NCBI GenBank assembly: GCA_031835245.2
Contig: JAVKOQ020000005.1
Coordinates: 62,001 to 126,000 of the forward strand
Reading direction: 5' to 3'
Source of the DNA: Balamuthia mandrillaris
Taxonomy: Eukaryota
Length of the DNA stretch: 64,000 nucleotides
Positions 54,807-64,000 of the stretch are shown piece by piece. Positions within the stretch are counted from its first letter, which is position 1. Each line of letters opens with the position of its first letter. The notes under the pieces are model-generated. The model worked only from the letters and a program-made list of their open reading frames with translations, was not told where the DNA came from and made no database searches. A program made the position numbers and the translations under genes.

Positions 54807-55896
54807 TATTCTCCTTTCCTCTTTTTGTTTTATGATCCTTCTTTACATTTATTTTTTTTAAAAAAATAGGATGGACGATGTAGAAAGAGCGATGTACTAC
54901 AACACAATGGCGATGACCATCTGTAAACGGATGCAAACCACCCGTTCCGGGCAGTACTTTCGCTGCCTCTACCTCAAGTTCCTTCTCAGCTCTAACCTAA
55001 AAGAAATGCACCAAACAAAACAAGAACTTACCGAACTGTTAGCCTCTGGAGAGCTCTCCCCAACTAGCGAGCTCTTCCACCTCGCCTCTCCCTTTGATTT
55101 CGCAGATCCCTCATCCGCCTCTTCTCTTCACTTTACCATTCGTCTTCAAAAAGTGGCGGATGCTTCTCTCTTACGCATCGTCAACGTATTTGGGGGTATT
55201 CGCGAACATCAACTCACCACCGCAGCAAGAAAACAGCAACAACACTCTTCCTTTGGAGCAAAGGAGCACTCAGACGAGTTTATGGATCAGGAAACAGTGG
55301 AACGCTTCCTCATATACGTGGAAGACACGGAGGACCTGGAGCGGTTGAGCGAGGAGGACGGTCTGCCCGGCGTGTTGCAGGTGACCTTCCACCTAATGGC
55401 CTTGTCCCTGCGCGCCAAGTGTTACTGGATGATGGGCCTACAGGAGACAGCCCTGACCATTGCGCTCCGCTTCGTGGAGAGCGCTGAAGATCCACTCTTT
55501 CGGCACATGCTTTGCGGCGGACCAATCCTCTACGTATGGGTATTGGAGATCCTCTTCCTCATGCAGAGTGTGCCCAGCTTGGATCGTTTTCTCTGGCAGG
55601 TGCGAGAGAAGACTGTCTTTTGGGATTGGACCTGGAAGTACTTCACTTTGGCTGTGCTCTCTTCCTATCCAGCCTTACGCTCAGTGCTTTGGACCAGTCC
55701 GTTTGCTACGGCGGCGCAGGCTTGGGAGCATGAATACAACAAGCAGCACAGAAACTCCAGCCACAAGTTAAACCACGGAGGAGTGGAGGAGTTGAAGGAA
55801 GACCTGGTCCGGTGTTTGCGGGAGTGGAACGGAAGATGTTGTGGATCGGCGGCTGTCTTTCCCGTTCTTTCTGGCAGTAGCTTGCAGCACTCTTAG
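52831..55896 (+). CDS. Uncharacterised protein: Ser/Pro/Gln-rich N-half and helical C-terminal domain, multi-exon
   Basis: Phase-consistent exons (52831-53447, ~53562-54540, ~54624-54762, 54871-55896) with GT-AG introns; no family recognised. Confidence 0.65.
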
Positions 55897-56463
55897 AGAA
55901 GAAAGAGAGAAAAAGAAGCTTTGCTTTTTTTCTTGCCAACAGTTTTGTTTTATTGTATAGACAAAGGAAGAGAGGGGGTTTACCACCTGATCATCTTCAA
56001 CTTTCCTGAGAGGGAATAACAAAGAGAGGAAGAGAGACCTCTCCCTCACTAAGGTCAGGCGTGAGGACAGCAGAGAGAGGACACGAGAGATGGGATTCAG
56101 AGGAGAGGAGAGAGGAGAGAGACAGGATACGAGCGAGGAGAGGAAATTGCCTTTCTATTAGGATAATAGCTACTTTTCATAGCATAATAATTGGTACGGG
56201 TGAAATTCAACGTCATAGGGGGAATTCAACATAATAGAAGAAAGTGGAGAGAGAAAAGAGAGAAAACAGAGGGCAAACAGAGAGCAACAATGATGAAAAT
56301 ACCCGAGCCTTGCTGCCGACCATCCTTTCCAGCGTTTGCAGCCTTTCAACAACCATGGGGTTTTTAAATGTTTTTTAAAAAAAATATAACACAACACATA
56401 AAGCGAACAACTACTCTACGTACGTAGAACAAAACAAAAACAAAAAAAAAATATAAAGTTTGA

Positions 56464-57513
56464 ATGTCCTCTCCTTCCCCCTCGGAAGCCACTTTGAGAA
56501 AGAGAATGTTTCAACAACGACCGGCCGGCACCAGCGACTTTCCTGCCTCCAAGCCCGTGCCACGGAGCGAGGCGAGCGAGGAGGCCACCACCCTCCGCGA
56601 GAAGGAGGAGCTCCTCTCCGCCATCAAGGACAAGGAGGCCGAGCTGGAGAACAAGATCGCCAAGCACGCCCTCAAGCAGCAGAAGCAGCAGGAGCTTCCA
56701 TTCGCCTCGTCCCCGACGGACGCCGCCACTACTACCCCCGCGGCTGCCGAAGAGGCCTCAGCAGAGGAACGGGAGGAGGCCAAAGGGAGAGGCTTCATGG
56801 GAATTGGCGGGCTGAAAGCGGCCGTGGACGAGGCCTACGCCGACATCCAGCCCACCACGGAGGAGGAGAAGCGGGCCAGCGTGCTGAAGCAGGCCGAGCC
56901 CAACCCCTACTCCCAGTACGAGCAGGTGGTGTGGTTCTGCGTGAGCGGCTCCATTGGCACCTTGCTCTCCTACTTGCTGTATGCAACTTTCCTCCCTTTC
57001 TTTCTTTAGCTTAAAGTACTTTCATTTTATTTTATTTATATTTTTTTAACAACAAAACAAAAAACAGGTTTGAAGCGTTGCTGTTTTTGGACCCGTTTGC
57101 ATGGCACAAGGGAACTCTCTGTTGGGCTCTCTCCTACCTCATCAGCATCAGTACGTGTCTTCTCCATTTTCTTCTGTGCTTTTGCTTCTTATCCATTGCA
57201 TTTCTGACCCTCCTATCTTCAAACGAAAGGCTGGCAGCACGCTTTGCATAGAGGCTTGTTGATGGGCGACTATGGAAACTACTGGCTGAACCTCCTGAAG
57301 AGCTACATGGTGTACGTGCCGGCCGTCCTTTTCAGCACCTCCTTGTACTACCTGCTGGACGAGAGGCTCCACGTCACCATCGAGAGCAAGTGGATCATCG
57401 TCACCCTGGCCACCGGGCTTTTGACCCTCTTCAGCGTGAGACACGCCTTTGTGCCCCCAGTCGTCAGCACCAAGGACATGAAGCAAGTGCTCAAGGAGAA
57501 GAAGCACTCGTAA
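56464..57513 (+). CDS. Membrane protein with a C-terminal 4-TM GtrA-like region
   Basis: Charged N-terminus then WFCVSGSIGTLLSYLL, WALSYLISI, WQHALHRGLL, LLKSYMVY, WIIVTLATGLL; two introns. Confidence 0.65.
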
Positions 57514-58038
57514 AGAGTATGAAGAAAGAGAGAAAGATCCTCTCCTCTTTTCGGATACTCGTTTTTTTTTTCTCCTGTGTTTTGACTGCACTTTTTTTTG
57601 TAAATAAAAGAGACACTGAATAGATCACAACAACGAAGAACAAAACGTTTCGATGATACTAATGGAGGGAAGACCGGTCGAACAGAGCAATGTCCATTCT
57701 CTTCTCTTACCAGCTATGGCCGTGGACCGAATGTGACGTCCACAGGGACTCGTGTACGGTCCGATCATGTCCATTTCTCCTACTAATCCACAGCAGTCGA
57801 CTGATCTGTTATCTTCCGATGAAAGCTATTCGATGGCGTGCAACAATGGTGCACGAATGCAGAACAATTTGAGCAACATGTCGACACACCAAATAAAATA
57901 AAAGAAAAGAAAAGAAAAGAACAGATTTCCTCTCAGCTCTCTCTTCTCCTTCTTCTTCTTTCTTCTGGTGGGCCTTGACCCCCCTCTTCCTTTGAATAAA
58001 AGAAGGGGAGCAGAACGGTGGGGGGGGGAAGACCCGAG

Positions 58039-58416
58039 ATGAGTCAGCCATTGAACGACACCGACGAAATCGACCTGGAGGGCTTGCCGTTGAGCCAACA
58101 GGACAAATCCGGAGACAACACCAATGCTGCTGCGGTGGAGGAGTTTGTCGTCGTGCCACGGTACGAGGATTTTGGTCACCAAAAGGAGCCTCTCCCTCTC
58201 ATCCCTTTGTTTTATTTAAAAGGTCGCCGGAAGTAGGGCGGTATTCCTCGCAAGCTGACTTTGTGTCGCAACATGCCGCCAACAAGAAACGGAAGCGCAA
58301 GTCTCACAAAGAGGTCCGCCTTTCCTTCTTCTTCGACTGCTTTCTTCTCTCCGCCTTCTCTTTATTCTCTTTTTCTCCACTTTCTTGCTCCCTAGTTCTC
58401 TCTCCTCTTACTTCTC

Positions 58417-58465
<49 letters not shown>

Positions 58466-58507
58466 TCCGCCCTATTGTTCGCGTTCGGTTTCTCTCTCTC
58501 TCTCTCC

Positions 58508-58550
<43 letters not shown>

Positions 58551-61283
58551 GCTTCTTTGTTCAACAAACACTCCAAACAAAAGGGAGCAGAGGACGGCAG
58601 CTATAAACCTCCAAAGCAAAACGCTGATGACACTGCCGCTCGCTGCAGCATTTGTTATGACGAGTGGACCAGCAGTGGCACTCATCGTCTTTGCTGTCTC
58701 GCATGTGGGCATCTCTTTGGTCGTTGCTGCATCGAGAGATGGTATTACATTTCTTTGTCGTTTCTTTCTTTCTTCTTTTCTTTCTTTGTTTCAGTTCATT
58801 CTCTCTTGTTGTCGTTTCTTTCTTTCCTCCTTTTCTCCTTATTCTTACGTAGCGTTTGAAACAAACAACAGGTTGGGTTCAAGAAAAAAGTGTCCAACGT
58901 GTCAAATGAAAGCAAAGAAAGCCGACATTCGCGTGTTGTTCTGTCAAAGCGTGAAGCTCACAGCCATCGAAGCGGTCAACACTGAACAAAAACCCCAAAA
59001 ACAGCAACAACAAGAACTCTCTACCGTCAACAAAAAGCTGGAAGCAAAGCTGAAAAAGTTGCAAACGGAAAACGAGCAGCTGCGCAAAGAGCAGGAGCAA
59101 CTCACCTCCAAATTTCTGAACGCGCGAGTTAGTGTTGCACGACTTCAAAAAGCATTCGAGCAAGAAAAAACAAAGTACCTCTCTCTCTCTTCGTTTGTCT
59201 CAATTCAACGCGCAGTTTTTGTGAAAACTGACAACCCACAACTACAATAGGCGAATAGAGCTACAACGAACGCTTTTGTGGAAAGATAGGTCTGCCACAA
59301 CAGCACAAAAACCATCCACCGACTTTATCGATCTTACAACTCCTTCCACAAACACCTCTGATGTAACTATCATGCAAACATCCCCTGCATCAACAAAAAC
59401 ACTCTCACCTTCTTGTTCTAGTTCAACATTCTCTTCTTCTCCACAAACTGCTCACATTTCACAAGAACATATCGCTCTTTCACCTCCAACTTCTTTTTCG
59501 TCTCATCCTTCATCGTCATCTTCATCGTCCTCCTGTTCGTCTACATCTTTCTCTCGTTCTTCGCCTTCTTTCTCAACACCTCCAGTGACTCTAACAGCAG
59601 CTGCTAGAGCTACCCTTCCTATTGCTTCTCACCCACTGCACAGCATTGACTCTTCGTCCTATCGCACTCTTCCGCCTATCAAACTTTCGGTGCGTAGTTT
59701 TATCTGAGAATTTTTTTGTCTTGCCTTCTTTCTCATATACAAACCCAGAAATCTCGTGTATTGGATATCAGCAAAGAAGGCTTTCTACTTGCCTCTTCTG
59801 CCACTCCTTCTTTTACCTCCTCTTCCCCTTCCCCTTCTCCTTCTTCTTCTTGGGGCCTCTTAAAAGTCAGTCTACTCGACCCAACCTCTCATCAAGACTA
59901 CATTCCAGACCTCCACGAGAGGCCATTCGTGACATTCGATGGAGTGCTTCTCATGGTGGTCTTATCTTGACCGGTTCTTTGGACCGAACTATCAAACTAA
60001 CTAGCACTCGCACCAACTCTGTCGTCTTGTCTTACGCTCTTGATGGTCCTGTTTGGGCTTGCCAATGGAAAAACAATAACAACCGAGGAGAACAAACCGA
60101 TTGCAATGAAAACGATAATGACAACTTGCTTTACTGTGCAGCAAACAACACGTTATACCTATTTGACATTCGACAAACTCGATCTTTTGTGGCGAGCGCG
60201 ACTCCTTGCCATCAACCTATTCACTCTATCCTTTCTCTCTCTGCTCCATTCTTTCTTCCTGTGGATGCAACTTCTTCTGCATTGTTGGAAAACGATCAAC
60301 AGAAGGAAATGTTGTTGGTAGGATCTTGCGAAGGATTGTTTACCTGTTCTCTTGAATCCGGTGCTACCACATCCTCAACTTCAGCGCAACCGCAGTCTTC
60401 GTCGTTTAAACTGCCCTTGCGAGGTATCTATATTATCTCTCTTTTGTTTCAAAGCAACTTGTCCTTTATTATTCAAACATTTAAAACTTATCATCTCTTC
60501 CTTCTCTATTTCTTCTTCCTTCTTTGCTGTCAAGGTGGGTGTACGTCTGTATCATTTGATGTGGCCAGTAGACACTGTGCTGCTTCCTTTCGGTCTATGC
60601 CCTACTATCACTTCTCTGCACATACTGTACTATCCTCATTCTTCCTCCTTCCTCACTTCTTTTGTCTCATTATTTCTCTATTATTCAGGTATTTGGTTTT
60701 GAAGACACAACTGTAGATAGTAGAACACAACCAGAGCGAGAACGTGGTTCCTCTCGCTCTTCTTCATCAGCTAGTGTTCCTCATCAGGAACGGACAGACA
60801 ATGTGCTTCACCCTCATCTCAAAGAGCTACGAACAATTTACACAGGAAGCAAACAACGCCTCCTCTCGCGATCGCAGTTGTTCAGCATTGTAGAAGAAAC
60901 ACCTCCCAGCGAAATCGTTTCTTCGTCGTCTTCGTCTTCTTCGGCAGCAAGGTACTGTCAACGGTTGATCATGGCTGCTGCCAACGAAGAAACAAAAGCT
61001 GTACGTTCTCTCTTCTCTCTCCATTGCCTGTTCTTTTTTTTTTCCTTCAGCTTCTCTGCTTTTGTATTCTTCTCTCCATATCTTTTTTCTCTCTCTGTCT
61101 CATCTCTCATTCTCTCCCTACAAAAAGGTGGTTTTGTGGGATTGCGGCAGAGGAGAGTGCATTCGTCAGTTGGAAGGACACTATGGCTCTCCTGTAACGG
61201 ACGTATCCTACTTTCAAGAGGGCAGCTCTCACTTTGTCGCCTCTCTCAGCGAAGAGCAGTTGTTGCTCCACCAACTTTCCTGA
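58039..61283 (+). CDS. RFWD3: RING + coiled-coil + WD40 E3 ubiquitin ligase
   Basis: CSICYDEWTSSGTHRLCCLACGHLFGRCCIERW..CPTC..KAKKADIRVL, coiled coil, IRDIRWS..LTGSLDRTIKLTS..VVLSY..PVWACQW, LFDIRQT. Confidence 0.88.
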
Positions 61284-61504
61284 CAATAAAATAAATAAAT
61301 TCATAAACTTTTAAATAAATCAATAATGGATAAACTATTATCAAAATTTTCAACAAAAATCGAAATTAACAAAAATATTGCAGCAGTTGAAAGTTTATCA
61401 TAATAGTTGATATAAATATACAATATTGACATTCGTTAACAATTATCAACACTTTCACTTTTGCACCGATAAAAGTGTTACAAAGAAAGAGAAAGTTAGA
61501 AACG

Positions 61505-62821
61505 ATGCAACAACCCACAAAGAGCAGAATAGACAGCGGGATGGTACGCCAAAGTTTGTTGGGCTATCTGCAGACATCGGTCAAGTTTATCAGCGCAGAA
61601 TACGCCGCCACAGGGGCGGCCATCACCGGGAAGGAGGAGGAGGGCGTGTCCATGCTCTTCGACGCCATCGAACGAGTGCTCAACTATGGCCTTCTTTCAG
61701 GTTTTTTTTTTCAAACAAAACTTCTTCTTGTTATTCTTTTGCTTCCTCTTCTTCTTTTCTTCTTTAGACTAAAAATAAATAAATAAATAAATAGATGGAG
61801 GGTTCTTTTCTCAGTCGCTATCGGTGGGACGCTATTGGCGCTACGTGGAGCACGTCATCGAGCTGGACACCGCTCGACCGCCGTTCGCCTACGCGGAGCA
61901 GGTTCGGTGGGTGCGGCGGAACGTCTCGGAGGAGGAGCAGCGCGGGAGGACATGGCTACGGCTGGCCCTCAACAAACAAAGCCTTTGGCAGTGTTTCAAC
62001 CTGTTGGTGAAGGACCGGTCGCACACCAGGTAACTCCTCTCTTCTTTTTTCTCTTTTCTCTTCTCCTTTTTCTCTTTCTTAGTTCTTCTCTTCTCTTGGT
62101 TTCTCCTCTCTCTTTCTCTCTTATCTTTCTTTCTCTCTTATCTTTCTTTTCTCTCTTCTCTCTTTCTCGCTTCTCTATTCTCTTTCTCTCTGACTCTTGC
62201 ATCCCATCTCTCATTCGCTCTGCTTCCCTACTCTCTCCATCTTGTGTGCAACATTCTAAAATCATATGTGTAACGCTATGCAGCAAGTGGTATGAGAGTC
62301 ATGCCATTCTGCGCCAACCTGATGACTGTGCCATCTTTTTGACTATGATGGTAGGACGAATATATCATTCTTGTTCTCTCTCTCTCTCTCTCTCTTTTCA
62401 TTGCTGTTTATTCTTATTGTTTGTATTTACACAGCAAGGCGTTTCCTCGGTGGCTTTCGCTCTGCCACTTCTTTTCGGAGCATCAGAAAAGAAAAACAAT
62501 TCCTCGTCTTCCTCTTCTTCTTCTTCTCCGACATCACTACAATTCATAGACCCACACCACATCATGCGAATGGAGCAAGAGTACCTGGAAAGCAAGAGAA
62601 ATAACCCGACTGCTGCGGCTTCCTCTTCGTCGACTGCACCCACCACGACTTCACCAACCACAGAGAAACGAAAGAAGAGAAAGAAAGCCAAACGTAGAGT
62701 GGCTGTCATCGAAGAAGAACGAGAGGTTGAAGCCCATAACGAGCAACCTCCACAACAGCAACAACAGCAATCACAACATGCGAAAGCAAACCAACAAGAA
62801 CAAACCAACATTGGTCTGTAA
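61505..62821 (+). CDS. RUN-domain protein (3' end uncertain)
   Basis: LFDAIERVLNYGL, YWRYVEH, RGRTWLRLALNKQSL, WYESHAILR are RUN-domain blocks; followed by a low-complexity KKRKKRKK region. Confidence 0.78.
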
Positions 62822-62947
62822 CAACCATTCCTTGTTATTTCCTCCCTCCCCATTTATGTTTTCTTCTTTCACAAGGTACTCTCGCTCTTTCTTCCCAGCC
62901 TGGCTCTCTTCTTCGTCTCTAGCTTTCTTTCTTTTTTAATGATTCAT

Positions 62948-63411
62948 TCACAACCAATGAGGCTCATCCAAGTTGAACGCCATAGAGTCCTGGCACAGGC
63001 CTTCATCCGAGGTGGTGCAGCCGGAGCAGGCGCAATCCCTCCCCGGACAGGAGCCGCTGCACTGGCACTTGTAGCCGCCGGCGCAGCAGTGCTGCTGGTC
63101 GGGGCAGCAGCAGGCGTTGGCGGCGGGGCAGCAGGCCGCCTGCCCGCCCATCAGGCAGCAGGTCATGGTCTCCCCGCAGGGATCGTCATCGCAGGCGTCT
63201 CTCCCGCTTGCTCTTTTGTAATAGGCTCTCTGTTGGTTTGGTGTTGGTTAGCGCAAACAAAGTGAGAAAGAAAGGAAAGGGAAGGGAAGGAAAGGAGAGA
63301 AAGGAAAGGAGAGACCTCGTCGTGAGAGGGTTGAAGATTCAAGAGGGAGCCGCAAGCGGCGAACGCAACGAACAAGGATAAGAGGGTGAGGAAGATGACT
63401 TTCTTTTGCAT
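62948..63411 (-). CDS. Secreted single-granulin-domain protein (~125 aa; intron 63230-63315)
   Basis: Signal peptide MQKKVIFLTLLSLFVAFAAC; CDDDPCGETMTCC..ACCPAANACCCPDQQHCCAGGYKC fits the granulin Cys pattern. Confidence 0.85.
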
Positions 63412-64000
63412 GGTGTTTCGGTGTTTGTGTGTGTGAAAAAAAAAAAAGAGGAAGCATTCGTTGTTTGACTCCGTTTTTTTATAACCAGAGCGGGTTGTAC
63501 CCCTTTGGCGATCGCGAGCCAAAGGGACATTCGGCAGCACTAGAGCATGTTGTTTCTTTGCATTTTCTGCCACGCTTCTCTCTGCTCTCTCCCGATTTTC
63601 TCTCTCTCTTCTCTTCTCTCTTCTCTCTCCCTCTCTGCTCTCTTCTCCCTTCTCTCTTCTCCCTTCTCTCCTCTCGTCTCTCTCTCTTCTCTCTTTGCTC
63701 TCTCTCCTCTCTCTTTTCTCGTGGAGGGCTCTGGTGTATCGTTGGCAGGTGCCGTTCTCCTCCCTGGCCAGGTAGGTAATGCTTGCTGTTATGTTCATCC
63801 TACACAACAACAAACCAGCATAGTAAGCAAAGGAACAAGAAGAGCAAGGGGGGGTGTTATTCTTTCCGCTCGCAAGAGGGCAGCCCCATCGCAGCTCTGT
63901 ATCCGGATTCAAGGGCGTTCCTCGTTTCGGAAGCTCTCGGCGTCAGTTTCCACTGGCTCTTCTCAAAGATCTTCTGACGAAGCGCTTCCCTGTCGATGGT

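Noticed and set aside
47091..61283. DNA-repair gene cluster (DMC1, RFWD3, PARP-like)
   Set aside because: Interspersed with unrelated genes; no evidence of functional clustering.
63004..63015. CCGAGGTGG as a target for the predicted Fanzor guide
   Set aside because: Only 6 nt of guide match; expected by chance.
63760..63780. Minus-strand ATTACCTACCTGGCCAGGGG resembling the U1 5' end
   Set aside because: It is the complement of a CAG|GTAGGT splice donor; no U1 body follows.
63858..64000. Possible C-terminal exon of a minus-strand gene entering from the right (TIDREALRQKIFEK...CERKE*)
   Set aside because: Too short, unrecognised, and in conflict with plus-strand splice signals; not supportable.

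Overview
Gene-dense, intron-rich eukaryotic DNA with short GT-AG introns full of (CT)n/(TTC)n/(TTTC)n tracts. The gene content and style suggest a free-living amoebozoan (Balamuthia/Acanthamoeba-like; inference only). About 24 genes are visible: RICTOR, ECI2-like isomerase, cytosolic aconitase, mitochondrial AsnRS, an EGF/ABCG fusion, ANKRD39, an F-box/'CPWD' ankyrin protein, RBM8A, a PH protein, a receptor tyrosine-kinase-like protein, BUD23, a Zn deaminase, DMC1, an EDR1-domain kinase, RFWD3, a RUN protein, a granulin and several unknowns. Two mobile elements are present. (1) A complete hAT transposon at 13117-15463 with 19-bp TIRs, an 8-bp TSD and an intact spliced transposase. (2) An intron-containing Fanzor2 (eukaryotic TnpB-like RNA-guided nuclease) at about 32722-34843, with a frameshift before RuvC-III, an E2F/CCAAT-type promoter and a candidate omega-RNA scaffold at about 34808-34917. 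Its predicted guide runs straight into an intron-like segment that also carries sequence complementary to the scaffold. A PARP-like gene appears split in the middle of a Zn-finger repeat by a ~3.5-kb inversion (about 15653-19199). Exon boundaries and RNA folds were read by eye; no database searches or folding programs were run.
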